Shown here in pieces: positions 21,105 to 31,016 of a stretch of 32,000 nucleotides of DNA (its first letter is position 1; each line of letters starts with the position of its first letter). Both the position numbers and the translations under genes were made by a program. The DNA comes from Pseudomonas aeruginosa (GTDB lineage: Bacteria > Pseudomonadota > Gammaproteobacteria > Pseudomonadales > Pseudomonadaceae): contig NZ_LN831024.1 of NCBI RefSeq assembly GCF_001457615.1, positions 1,140,001 to 1,172,000 on the forward strand. The letters are read 5' to 3'. Under the pieces are notes generated by a model. It worked only from the letters and a program-made list of their open reading frames with translations. It made no database searches and had not been told where the DNA came from.

Positions 21105-23003
21105 ATGAATCCGTCCCCATCGATCGTCGGGCTGAGCGATATCGAAGCCCTGGAACGCGTGCCGCTGGAACAGCGCGACCTGCCGTCCAGCACCTACGAA
21201 CTGTTGCAACGCTCGGCCCAGCGCCACGGCCAGCGTATCGCCCTGAGCTGCCTGCTGCATGGCAGCGCCGCCGAAGAACCGTTGCGGATCAGCTATGCCG
21301 AGCTGTTCGCCCGCGTCACCCAGACCGCGAACGCCTTGCACCGGCTGGGCCTGGAAAGCCACCAGGCGGTGTCCTTCCTGCTGCCCAACCTGCCGCAGAC
21401 CCACTACGTGATCTGGGGCGGCGAGGCAGCCGGGATCGTCAATGCGATCAACCCGCTGCTGGAGCCGGAGCACATCGCCGAGCTGATCCGCGCCTCCAAC
21501 ACCCGGGTGCTGGTGACCCTGGCGCCGTTCCCCGGCACCGACCTGTGGCAGAAGGTCGCCGGCCTGCGCGCGCAGTTGCCGGAGCTGTACGCGATCGTCG
21601 TGGTCGATCCGGCCAACCTGTTACCGGCGCCGCAGCGCGAGGCGCTCAAGGCCCAGCGCGGGCCGCTGCCGGAGGGCGTGCTGGACTTCGATACGCTGAT
21701 CGCCGACTGCCCGGCAGACCGCCTGGAGAGCGGACGGGCGATCCATCCGGACGACGTCGCTTCCTATTTCCACACCGGCGGCACCACCGGCACGCCGAAG
21801 CTGGCGCCGCACAGCCACTTCAACGAGGTGGCGATGGCCGAGATCATGGGCCTGAACGCCGACTACGGGGTGGACGACGTGCTGCTCTGCGGCCTGCCGC
21901 TGTTCCACGTCAACGGCGTGATGGTTACCGGCCTGGCGCCCTTCCATCGCGGCGCCCAGGTGCTCCTGGCCGGGCCCCAGGGCTACCGCAATCCGACCCT
22001 GATCCAGGACTTCTGGAAGCTGGTGGAACGCTACCGGGTCACCAGCTTCAGTGGCGTGCCGACCATCTACGCGGCGTTGCTGCAGGTCCCCAGCGATGGC
22101 CGCGACCTGTCCAGCCTGCGTTTCGCCCTGTGCGGCGCGGCGCCGATGCCGGTGGAGCTGATCCGCCAGTTCGAGGCGCGTACCGGGCTCAAGGTGATCG
22201 AGGGCTACGGCCTCACCGAAGGTACCTGCGGCACCAGTTGCAACCCGCGTGGCGGCGAGCGCCGGCCGGGTTCGATCGGCCTGCGCCTGCCGTACTGCCA
22301 GGTGAAGGTCGCGGTGCTCGACGGCGAGGGCAATTACCTGCGCGATGCCGCGCCGAACGAGGTGGGCAACCTCTGCCTGAAGGGCTCGACGGTGTTCAAG
22401 GGCTACCTGCAACAGGACCGGAACCGCGATATCTGGATCGGCGATGGCTGGTTCAATACCGGCGACCTCGGTCGTATCGACGAGGACGGCTACATCTGGC
22501 TCACCGGGCGCAGCAAGGACCTGATCATTCGCGGTGGCCACAACATCGACCCACAGATGATCGAAGAAGCGCTGCACCGGCATCCGGCCGTGGCCCTGGC
22601 GGCGGCGGTGGGCAAGCCGGACGCCAAGGCCGGCGAGCTGCCGGTGGCGTATATCCAGCTCAAGCCCGGCGCCAGCGCCAGCGAGGAAGAGCTGCTGGAG
22701 CACGCCAGCCGCCACGTACCGGAGCGCGCGGCGGTGCCCAAGGATATCTGGCTGATCGAGAGCATGCCGGTCACCGCGGTGGGCAAGACCTTCAAGCCGG
22801 CGCTGCGCCTGGACGCGATCCGCCGGGTGCTGGAGGAGGAAAGCCGGAGGATCGCCGAGGATATCCGCGTGGAGGTGGTCGCCGACGAGCGCCACGGCCA
22901 GCTCGCCCACCTGCACGTTCCCGCGCTTGACGAAAGACGCCAGGCGGCGCTGGAAGAGCTGCTCGGCGGCTACGCGCTGAACTACCGGCTGCACGCCGTC
23001 TGA
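21105..23003 (+). CDS. AMP-binding acyl-CoA synthetase family protein
   Basis: 632 aa from ATG 21105; AMP-binding motif FHTGGTTGTPKLAPHSH, GYGLTEGTCG, GDLGRIDEDGYIWLTGRSKDLIIRGGHNIDP. Confidence 0.93.
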   Translation: MNPSPSIVGLSDIEALERVPLEQRDLPSSTYELLQRSAQRHGQRIALSCLLHGSAAEEPLRISYAELFARVTQTANALHRLGLESHQAVSFLLPNLPQTHYVIWGGEAAGIVNAINPLLEPEHIAELIRASNTRVLVTLAPFPGTDLWQKVAGLRAQLPELYAIVVVDPANLLPAPQREALKAQRGPLPEGVLDFDTLIADCPADRLESGRAIHPDDVASYFHTGGTTGTPKLAPHSHFNEVAMAEIMGLNADYGVDDVLLCGLPLFHVNGVMVTGLAPFHRGAQVLLAGPQGYRNPTLIQDFWKLVERYRVTSFSGVPTIYAALLQVPSDGRDLSSLRFALCGAAPMPVELIRQFEARTGLKVIEGYGLTEGTCGTSCNPRGGERRPGSIGLRLPYCQVKVAVLDGEGNYLRDAAPNEVGNLCLKGSTVFKGYLQQDRNRDIWIGDGWFNTGDLGRIDEDGYIWLTGRSKDLIIRGGHNIDPQMIEEALHRHPAVALAAAVGKPDAKAGELPVAYIQLKPGASASEEELLEHASRHVPERAAVPKDIWLIESMPVTAVGKTFKPALRLDAIRRVLEEESRRIAEDIRVEVVADERHGQLAHLHVPALDERRQAALEELLGGYALNYRLHAV

Positions 23004-23018
23004 GAGAAGCTCCGGGCG

Positions 23019-23795
<777 letters not shown>

Positions 23796-23962
23796 CTAAG
23801 GGAAGTGCGCCGGGTACGCCGTTCGTCGCCCGCCGCGGTCGCGCCGCCGGCTGCCTCTGCCGGTGCCGCGGCGCTTGCGGTTACAGTGCGGCGACCGGCC
23901 CGGGAAGCGACCGGCGCGGGGCCGGCGGTTCACCCAGGGGCGGCGAAGGGAGTGGCGAACAG

Positions 23963-24988
23963 ATGACAATAATGAAAGGTACCTGGCTGCTGCTGGCCGC
24001 CGTCTGCCTCGGCGCCAGCGCCACGGCCGAGGCCGGTGCGACGCTGGATGCGGTGAAGCGCAAGGGCTACGTGCAGTGCGGCGTCAGCGACGGCCTGCCG
24101 GGGTTCTCCTACGCCGACGCCAAGGGCCGTTTCAAGGGGCTCGACGTCGACATCTGCCGGGCGCTGGCCGCCGCGCTGTTCGGCGACGCCGAGAAGGTGC
24201 GCTTCACCCCGCTGTCCGCCACCGAGCGGTTTTCGGCGTTGCAGTCCGGCACGGTCGACCTGCTGTCGCGCAACACCTCATGGACCAGCTCGCGGGATAC
24301 CGCGCTGGGCATCCACTTCACCGGCGTCACCTATTTCGACGGCCAGGGCTTCCTGGTCAATCGCAAGCTCGGCGTGTCCAGCGCCCGCGAACTGAAGGAC
24401 GCGACGGTGTGCATCCAGTCCGGCACCACCAACGAGCTGAACGTGGCGGACTACTTCCGGGCCCACGGCATCCGCTACAAGGCGGTGCTCGACGACAGCT
24501 ACGAGAAGAGCGCCCGTGCCCTGGAGGCGGGGCAGTGCGACGTGCTCAGCTCCGACCAGTCGCAGCTCTACGCCCAGCGCCTGAAGCTGGCCAAGCCGGA
24601 GCAGTACGTGGTGCTGCCGGAAGTGATCTCCAAGGAGCCGCTCGGCCCGGCCGTGCGGCAGGGCGACGAAGCCTGGTTCAACATCGTCCGCTGGACCCTG
24701 TACGGCCTGCTCAACGCGGAGGAGCTGGGGGTCACCTCGAGCAACGTCGAGCGCCAGGCCAGGGACAGCCGCAACCCGGACGTCGCCCGCCTGCTCGGCA
24801 GCGAGGGCGACGCCGGCAAGGACTTGCAACTGCCGCGCGACTGGGTGGTGCAGATGGTGCGCCAGGTCGGCAACTATGGCGAGATCTTCGCCCGCAACGT
24901 CGGCGACGGCAGCCCGCTGAAGATGCCGCGCGGCCTCAACGCGCAATGGAATCTCGGCGGCCTGCACTATGCGCCGCCGATTCGCTGA
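23963..24988 (+). CDS. AapJ-like general L-amino-acid periplasmic binding protein
   Basis: 341 aa; signal peptide, LDAVKRKGYVQCGVSDGLPGFSYADAKGRFKGLDVDICRALAAA, NTSWTSSRD, RQVGNYGEIFARNVG. Confidence 0.9.
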   Translation: MTIMKGTWLLLAAVCLGASATAEAGATLDAVKRKGYVQCGVSDGLPGFSYADAKGRFKGLDVDICRALAAALFGDAEKVRFTPLSATERFSALQSGTVDLLSRNTSWTSSRDTALGIHFTGVTYFDGQGFLVNRKLGVSSARELKDATVCIQSGTTNELNVADYFRAHGIRYKAVLDDSYEKSARALEAGQCDVLSSDQSQLYAQRLKLAKPEQYVVLPEVISKEPLGPAVRQGDEAWFNIVRWTLYGLLNAEELGVTSSNVERQARDSRNPDVARLLGSEGDAGKDLQLPRDWVVQMVRQVGNYGEIFARNVGDGSPLKMPRGLNAQWNLGGLHYAPPIR

Positions 24989-25099
24989 CCGGCGGGGCTG
25001 GCTGAACTCTCGCCAGCACCGACAATCCGATAACAGACAGACGCACCGGTGCCGGTGCACTATAGAGCGACGCGTCATGCCGAACACCGAACAAGAGAA

Positions 25100-25816
25100 A
25101 TGCCCGTGAACCTATCGATGACTCCCATCAACAAAGCCAAGGCCTGGGGCGTCCACGCCGTCACCGCCAGTGGCGTGATCCTGGCCTTGCTGGCCCTGCT
25201 CGCGCTGGTCGACAACAAACCCCAGGCCTGCCTGCTCTGGCTCGGCCTGGCCCTGCTGGTGGACGGCCTCGACGGCACCCTGGCGCGCAAGTACGAAGTC
25301 AAGGAAATGCTGCCGCATTTCGACGGCTCGGTGCTCGACCTGGTGATCGACTACCTGACCTACGTGTTCATCCCGGCCATCTTCATCTACCGCTACATCC
25401 CCCTGCCGGAGCATTTCGAGCTGCTGGCGGTGGGCGTGATCCTGGTTTCATCGCTGTTCTGCTTCTGCAACGTCAACATGAAGAGCACCGATAACTACTT
25501 CGTCGGCTTCCCGGCCGCCTGGAACGTGGTGGCGGTGTACTTCTACGTGCTCGACCTGCACCCCTGGGTCAACCTCGCCACGGTGCTGGTGCTGGCTGCC
25601 CTGACCCTGACCCGGATGAAGTTCCTCCACCCGTTCCGCGTGCGCCAGTTCATGCCGCTGAACATCGCCGTGACTTTCGTCTGGCTGATCAGCAGCGGTC
25701 TGCTGATCGTCCAGCAGCCGGCCGACCTGCCGATCCTGCTCGGCCTGTGGTTCGCCGCCTCGGCCTATTTCGTCGGTATCTGCCTCTGGCGCAGCGCCCG
25801 CGAGTGGTTCGGCTGA
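25100..25816 (+). CDS. pcs: Phosphatidylcholine synthase (CDP-alcohol phosphotransferase family)
   Basis: 238 aa from ATG 25100; DGLDGTLARKYEVKEMLPHFDGSVLDLVID matches the CDP-alcohol phosphotransferase DGx2ARx8Gx3Dx3D-like motif; multi-TM. Confidence 0.9.
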   Translation: MPVNLSMTPINKAKAWGVHAVTASGVILALLALLALVDNKPQACLLWLGLALLVDGLDGTLARKYEVKEMLPHFDGSVLDLVIDYLTYVFIPAIFIYRYIPLPEHFELLAVGVILVSSLFCFCNVNMKSTDNYFVGFPAAWNVVAVYFYVLDLHPWVNLATVLVLAALTLTRMKFLHPFRVRQFMPLNIAVTFVWLISSGLLIVQQPADLPILLGLWFAASAYFVGICLWRSAREWFG

Positions 25817-25886
25817 AACGACCCGGCACGACGGCGTTCCCGCCTGGGGACGCCTGGCAAGTCCCTATCATCGCAAGGAACCCCGC

Positions 25887-26369
25887 ATGGCCCACCCCAA
25901 CGCCGAACTGATCGAGCGCTTCTACCAGGCCTTCCAGCGCCTCGACGGCGAGGCCATGGCGGCCTGCTACGCTCCCCAGGCGACCTTCCACGACCCGGCC
26001 TTCGGCGAACTGCGCGGGCGCGAGGTGGGCGACATGTGGCGCCTGCTGACCAGCCGGGCGCGGGACTTCCGCCTGGACTACGCGAACGTCCGCGCCGACG
26101 AGAACGAGGGGCGTGCGCAATGGGTGGCCCACTACCTGTTCACCCAGACCGGGCGCAGGGTGGAGAATCGCATCGAGGCCCGTTTCCGCTTCGCCGACGG
26201 TTTGATCGTCGAGCATCGCGACCAGTTCGACCTGTGGCGCTGGAGCCGCCAGGCGCTTGGCGCCAAGGGCCTGCTGCTGGGCTGGGCGCCGCCGGTGCAG
26301 CGGGCGATCCGCGGGCAGGCGCGCAAGGGCCTGGCCGCCTACCAGGCTGCCCATCCGGCGGCCGGCTGA
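25887..26369 (+). CDS. Nuclear transport factor 2 / SnoaL-like protein
   Basis: 160 aa; MAHPNAELIERFYQAFQRLDGEAMAACYAPQATFHDPAFGELRG is typical of SnoaL-like folds. Confidence 0.8.
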   Translation: MAHPNAELIERFYQAFQRLDGEAMAACYAPQATFHDPAFGELRGREVGDMWRLLTSRARDFRLDYANVRADENEGRAQWVAHYLFTQTGRRVENRIEARFRFADGLIVEHRDQFDLWRWSRQALGAKGLLLGWAPPVQRAIRGQARKGLAAYQAAHPAAG

Positions 26370-26435
26370 GGCTGTCGGTGGCCGAAGCGCGGATAATCTC
26401 CTAAGCTCGCCGCGGACAACCCGCAGGACGCCGCG

Positions 26436-27137
26436 ATGATCACGCTCTTCCAGTTTCCCGCCGCATTCAACGTACCCAATGCCAGTCCCTACTGCCTGAA
26501 ACTGGAAACCTGGTTGCGCCTGGCCGGCCTGGAGTATCAGGTGAAGGTCGTCAGCGACCCGCGCAAGGCGCCCAAGGGCAAGCTGCCCTACGTGCGTATC
26601 GAGGGCGAGGCGATCGGTGACAGCGAGATCGTCATCCGTACCCTCGGCGAGCGCTACGGGGTCACTCTCGACGCAGGCCTGGATGCCCGGGGCAAGGGCT
26701 GGGCACGGGCGATCACGCGCCTGTGCGACGAACACCTGTACTACCTGATGCTGTATTTCCGCTGGTTCGATGAGGACAGCTGGCGCGTGCTCAAGCCGGT
26801 ATTCTTCGGCTCGCTGCCATTCGGCGTGCGCGACGCGGTGGCCTGGGCCATGCGCCGCAAGGTCCGCGCTACCCTCAGGGCGCAGGGACTCGGGGTCCAC
26901 GGCAGGGACGAACTGCTGGCCTTCGCCCGCGACGACCTCGATGCCCTCGACGGCCTGCTTGGCCAGGTCCCGTACTACGGCGGCGAACATCCGTGCAGCG
27001 CCGATGCCGCCGCTTACGGTATCCTCGCCAACCTCATCGAGGCGACCCTGGATACCCCACTCAGCCATGTGGCGCGAGGCTATCCGCGCCTGGTGGCGTA
27101 TTGCGAGCGGATGCGGGAGCGGGTCTGGAGTGAGTGA
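26436..27137 (+). CDS. Glutathione S-transferase family protein (Tom37/metaxin-like)
   Basis: 233 aa; N-terminal thioredoxin-fold features ([24 protein letters not shown]...[24 protein letters not shown]) and GST C-terminal domain. Confidence 0.83.
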   Translation: MITLFQFPAAFNVPNASPYCLKLETWLRLAGLEYQVKVVSDPRKAPKGKLPYVRIEGEAIGDSEIVIRTLGERYGVTLDAGLDARGKGWARAITRLCDEHLYYLMLYFRWFDEDSWRVLKPVFFGSLPFGVRDAVAWAMRRKVRATLRAQGLGVHGRDELLAFARDDLDALDGLLGQVPYYGGEHPCSADAAAYGILANLIEATLDTPLSHVARGYPRLVAYCERMRERVWSE

Positions 27138-27444
27138 GGCGACGGCCGCCACGGCGGCGATCGGGAAGTGTTGGTCGGTCTACCTGGTGAGGGCGGAAAA
27201 CGGCGCGTTGTACTGCGGCATCAGCGACGATCCGCTGCGCCGCTTCGACACTCATTGCAGCGGCAAGGGCGCGCGGTTCTTCCATTCCAGCCCCGCCCGC
27301 GCGCTGGTCTACGTCGAGGCCTGCGCCAGCAAGGGCGACGCCCTGCGCCGCGAGCGGGCGATCAAGGCCCTGAGCAAGCGCGCCAAGGAGCGCCTGTTGG
27401 TCGGCGTACCGGTGTTGCGCGAGGTCGGCGAGCCGGCAATCTAG
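27130..27444 (+). CDS. GIY-YIG superfamily nuclease domain protein
   Basis: 104 aa from GTG 27130 ([51 protein letters not shown]); overlaps the preceding gene by 8 nt. Confidence 0.82.
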   Translation: MSEATAATAAIGKCWSVYLVRAENGALYCGISDDPLRRFDTHCSGKGARFFHSSPARALVYVEACASKGDALRRERAIKALSKRAKERLLVGVPVLREVGEPAI

Positions 27445-27472
27445 GACGTTCATCTGCGGTCATGGGGTATTC

Positions 27473-28162
27473 GTGGGTTACCTGAAGAATCATTGGTGGA
27501 AACGCTGGATCCGCCGCCGCGGCTGCAAGCTGGCCGGCGGCCCGGCCAGTGTCGGCAAGCGCACCACGCTGGTGCTCGAGGAGCAGGTCGAACTCGGCCA
27601 CCTGCGCATCGTCCCGCCGAGGCTGGAGATCGGCGCCTACAGCTATGTGCGCAGCGGCACCGACCTGTCCCTGGTGGCGTCCATCGGGCGTTTCTGCTCG
27701 ATCGGCTCGGACTGCTTCATCGGCCAGGAAAAACATACCCATCCCAGCGACTGGGTGAGCAGCCACCCCTTCCAGCACACCGGCACCGCGCTGCGCTACG
27801 AGCCGGCGCTGAGCTACGCGGAAATCGGCCACGACGTCTGGATCGGACACAGCGCGATGGTGATGGAAGGGGTCAAGGTCGGGACTGGGGCGATCATCGC
27901 CACGCGCGCCGTGGTCACTCGCGACGTGCCGCCCTATGCCATCGTCGCCGGGACTCCGGCGCAGGTGATCCGCTACCGGCATCCGCCGGAGATCATCGAG
28001 GGCCTGCTCGCCTCACGCTGGTGGGAGCTGGATAGCGCCTTCCTCACCGGCCTGCCGCTGGACCGACCCCGGGAGTTCCTCGCCGCCCTGGAGGCGCGCG
28101 AGGCGCCGCGTGCGGCGTACCGGCGGATGACCATCACCCGCCAGGGGTGCCGGCTGGATTGA
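27473..28162 (+). CDS. CatB-related/xenobiotic O-acetyltransferase (left-handed beta-helix hexapeptide protein)
   Basis: 229 aa; hexapeptide repeats YSYVRSGTDLSLVASIGRFCSIGSDCFIG..., EIGHDVWIGHSAMVMEGVKVGTGAIIATRAVVTRDVPPYAIVAGTPAQVI. Confidence 0.88.
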   Translation: MGYLKNHWWKRWIRRRGCKLAGGPASVGKRTTLVLEEQVELGHLRIVPPRLEIGAYSYVRSGTDLSLVASIGRFCSIGSDCFIGQEKHTHPSDWVSSHPFQHTGTALRYEPALSYAEIGHDVWIGHSAMVMEGVKVGTGAIIATRAVVTRDVPPYAIVAGTPAQVIRYRHPPEIIEGLLASRWWELDSAFLTGLPLDRPREFLAALEAREAPRAAYRRMTITRQGCRLD

Positions 28163-28167
28163 GCGCG

Positions 28168-28200
28168 CCCATCGCCAGGCCCATCGGGCCAGGCGATGGG
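28168..28200. other. Long intergenic stem-loop CCCATCGCC-A-GGCCC-ATC-GGGCC-A-GGCGATGGG
   Basis: Two-segment perfect stem (9+5 bp) with a single A/A mismatch and 3-nt loop; no T-tract. Confidence 0.7.
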
Positions 28201-28282
28201 GTGCCCTTCATGTCCCGGATTGTCATAGGCGTGTTTTCCCTGCCGCGCTAAGCTGGTGCCTCACATCCGCCCGGAGGCGCCC

Positions 28283-29218
28283 ATGTCAGAGCTGATCCTG
28301 CATCACTATCCCACTTCGCCCTTCGCCGAGAAGGCGCGCCTGCTGCTCGGTTTCAAGCAACTGTCCTGGCGCTCGGTGATGATTCCGCCGGTGATGCCCA
28401 AGCCGGACCTGGTGGCGCTGACCGGCGGCTATCGGAAGACCCCGGTGTTGCAGGTCGGCGCCGATGTGTATTGCGATACCGCGTTGATCGCCCGTCGCCT
28501 GGAGCAGGAAAAGGCGGTCCCGGCGCTGTTCCCCGAAGGCCAGGAGATGGTCGCCGCGAGCTTCGCCCAGTGGGCCGACGCGGTGCTGTTCCAGCACGCG
28601 GTAAGCCTGGCGTTCGCCCCGGAGTCCATCGCCGTGCGTTTCGGCAAGCTGCCGCCGGAATTCCTCAAGGCCTTCATGGCCGATCGCAGCCAGCTATTCA
28701 GCGGCGGCAGCGCCGGCCGCCTGCCGCTGGAACAGGCGCGCCACCAGTGGCCGGCATTCATGGCGCGACTGGAGCGCCAGTTGTCGCGCGAGGACGGCGA
28801 TTTCCTGTTCGGCGAAGCGTCCGTCGCCGACTTCGCCGTGGCGCACTGCCTGTGGTTCCTCAAGGGCACGCCGGTCACCGCGCCGCTGGTCGACGATTAC
28901 CCGCAGGTGCAGGCCTGGTTGGGACGGGTGCTCGGCTTCGGCCATGGCGCGCCAGCCGAGATGAGTGCGGAGGAAGCCCTGGAGGTGGCTCGCGGCAGCC
29001 AGCCCGCGGCATTGCCGGACGAATCCTTCAGCGACCCCAACGGTTTCCTGCCCGGCCAGGCGGTCGCCATCGCCGCCACCGACTACGGTGTCGACGCGGT
29101 ACAGGGCGAACTGCTCTTCGCCGGCAGCGAGGAACTCATCCTGCGCCGCGAAGACCCGCGGGCGGGTACCGTGCATGTGCATTTCCCGCGCCTGGGCTTT
29201 CGCATCGAGGCGCGTTGA
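28283..29218 (+). CDS. Glutathione S-transferase family protein, two-domain
   Basis: 311 aa from ATG 28283 (MSELILHHYPTSPFAEKARLLLGFKQLSWRSVMIPPVMPKPDLVALTGGYRKTPVLQVGADVYCDT). Confidence 0.88.
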   Translation: MSELILHHYPTSPFAEKARLLLGFKQLSWRSVMIPPVMPKPDLVALTGGYRKTPVLQVGADVYCDTALIARRLEQEKAVPALFPEGQEMVAASFAQWADAVLFQHAVSLAFAPESIAVRFGKLPPEFLKAFMADRSQLFSGGSAGRLPLEQARHQWPAFMARLERQLSREDGDFLFGEASVADFAVAHCLWFLKGTPVTAPLVDDYPQVQAWLGRVLGFGHGAPAEMSAEEALEVARGSQPAALPDESFSDPNGFLPGQAVAIAATDYGVDAVQGELLFAGSEELILRREDPRAGTVHVHFPRLGFRIEAR

Positions 29219-29221
29219 GGC

Positions 29222-29974
29222 ATGCCGGCGGAGACCCCGCCGCTGCGGCCGGACGCCGATCCGCCGCAGTGCGCGTTGCCCGAGGCGAGGCCGGACCGCG
29301 ACGCCGGCACCAAGCTGCGCGCCGCGGTGCTCGGTGCCAACGATGGCCTGGTGTCGAACCTGTGCCTGGTGATGGGCGTGGCGGGTGCGAGCATGGCGCA
29401 TTCGTCCATCGTCCTCACCGGGATGGCCGGACTGGTGTCCGGGGCCTGTTCGATGGCCCTCGGCGAGTGGCTGTCGGTGACCAACGCCCGCGAGATGGCG
29501 AGCAAGCGCATCGCCGAGGAAGAACGCCTGCTCAGGCTCTGCCCGAACACCGAGACCCAGGAACTGATCGATATCTTCACTGCCAAGGGGCTGAGCGAGG
29601 TGTCCGCCCGGCGCGTGGCCCTGCAACTGATGAACGACGGTCGTGGCGCGCTGGACACCTTGTCCCGCGAGGCCCTCGGCATCGATCCGACGGAGTTGGG
29701 CGGCAACCCGTGGAACGCGGCGGGCACGTCGTTCCTGCTGTTTTCCCTTGGCGCCCTGGTGCCGGTGGCGCCGTTCCTGTTCCTCGACGGTGCCGCGGCG
29801 CTGGTCGCAAGCCTGCTGTCCAGCCTGCTTGCGCTGCTGTTCAGCGGCGCGGTCACCGCCCGTTTCACCGGGCGGCCGCTGGCGTTCTCGGCGTTGCGCC
29901 AGGTGCTGGTCGGTACCCTTGCCGCGGCCTTCACCTATGGGTTGGGCACCGCGCTCGGCGTGGGCCTGGGCTGA
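29222..29974 (+). CDS. VIT1/CCC1-family transporter (Fe2+/Mn2+ type)
   Basis: 250 aa; AAVLGANDGLVSNLCLVMGVAGAS...GLVSGACSMALGEWLSVTNARE and C-terminal TM pairs. Confidence 0.88.
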   Translation: MPAETPPLRPDADPPQCALPEARPDRDAGTKLRAAVLGANDGLVSNLCLVMGVAGASMAHSSIVLTGMAGLVSGACSMALGEWLSVTNAREMASKRIAEEERLLRLCPNTETQELIDIFTAKGLSEVSARRVALQLMNDGRGALDTLSREALGIDPTELGGNPWNAAGTSFLLFSLGALVPVAPFLFLDGAAALVASLLSSLLALLFSGAVTARFTGRPLAFSALRQVLVGTLAAAFTYGLGTALGVGLG

Positions 29975-30062
29975 AAGTCCTTCGCCTGCCGGGGACTCCG
30001 TTTTACACTGCGACACCCGGCCGGCGTGGCCGGGAACAGGAAAAACCGACCAGGGAGTGGCC

Positions 30063-30974
30063 ATGAACGCCTACGACATCGAAATCGTCAACGACGCCGC
30101 GCACGCCGGCGAAGCCAACCACGGCTGGTGCTTCGGCCTGCCGCCGGGCATCCGTCCGGAGCAGTGGCCGCTGGATCCGGACACCGGCTATCCGCTGATG
30201 CACGGCTTCACCCTGCTGCTGCCGGAGGACTACCGGGTGCATGGCCCGGAGATCGTCGCGCTGAGCTTCTTCTCCCTCGCCCCGGACCAGAACGACGGTG
30301 GACCGACCAGCGTCGACGGCATTCGCGAGATGCTCATCGATCCGCCCGCGCAACCGCCGGCCGAAGCGGAACTGCGGCCGTTCTGGGAGGCCGGGCGCAA
30401 TAGCCATCCGCGTCTGCATCGGATGGAGGACATCCTCGGCGGCGCCTATGCGTTGATCCTGCTCGACGCCGCTGAATTCAGCGGCGCGCCCTGCCAGCCG
30501 CCGGCGCTGCCGGCGGGCAACCCGCTGTTGGCGCAGACCGAGCCGCCGCAGTGGCTGGAGGCTGGTTCGGCGGCCAGCTTCGTGCCGGACTGGGCGGAGG
30601 ACGACTACTACCTGCTGCGCGCCCTCGGTGGCCGCCCGGCGGCCGGCCACCAGCAACGCTACCCGCTGCGCTGGACGGCGCGGGCGCAAGACCCCAACGC
30701 CGGGGTGGTGCCCAGCGAATACGGCGACGGCGGCTACCAGCTGCCGCACTACTGGCTGGACGGCAAGATCGAGCGCGACAACTACCGCGAGCATCCCTGG
30801 GTGGAAGGGCACCTGCCGAACCATATCGGCGGCACCATGCGTCCGGTGCAGGGCGTGCCGGAGATGAGTCCCTTCTACGTAGAGTTCGAGGAATACCTGG
30901 GCGGCTACAACTTCGGCGGCGGCAACGCCCAGCTCGATTTCCGCGACATGCGCTTCGACTGGGCCTGCGGCTGA
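30063..30974 (+). CDS. Conserved hypothetical protein
   Basis: 303 aa ORF from ATG 30063, high-GC codon periodicity, no family recognised. Confidence 0.75.
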   Translation: MNAYDIEIVNDAAHAGEANHGWCFGLPPGIRPEQWPLDPDTGYPLMHGFTLLLPEDYRVHGPEIVALSFFSLAPDQNDGGPTSVDGIREMLIDPPAQPPAEAELRPFWEAGRNSHPRLHRMEDILGGAYALILLDAAEFSGAPCQPPALPAGNPLLAQTEPPQWLEAGSAASFVPDWAEDDYYLLRALGGRPAAGHQQRYPLRWTARAQDPNAGVVPSEYGDGGYQLPHYWLDGKIERDNYREHPWVEGHLPNHIGGTMRPVQGVPEMSPFYVEFEEYLGGYNFGGGNAQLDFRDMRFDWACG

Positions 30975-30984
30975 GGAGGGAAAG

Positions 30985-31003
30985 GGAGCGCCGGCGGCGC
31001 TCC
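30985..31003. terminator. Weak candidate terminator/hairpin between convergent genes, GGAGCGCC-GGC-GGCGCTCC
   Basis: 8-bp perfect stem in the 42-nt gap between convergent genes; no T-tract. Confidence 0.35.
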
Positions 31004-31016
31004 GGGGCGGCGCGGG

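Noticed and set aside
21621-22994. 457 aa minus-strand ORF antisense to the acyl-CoA synthetase gene
   Set aside because: Antisense shadow without recognisable motifs.
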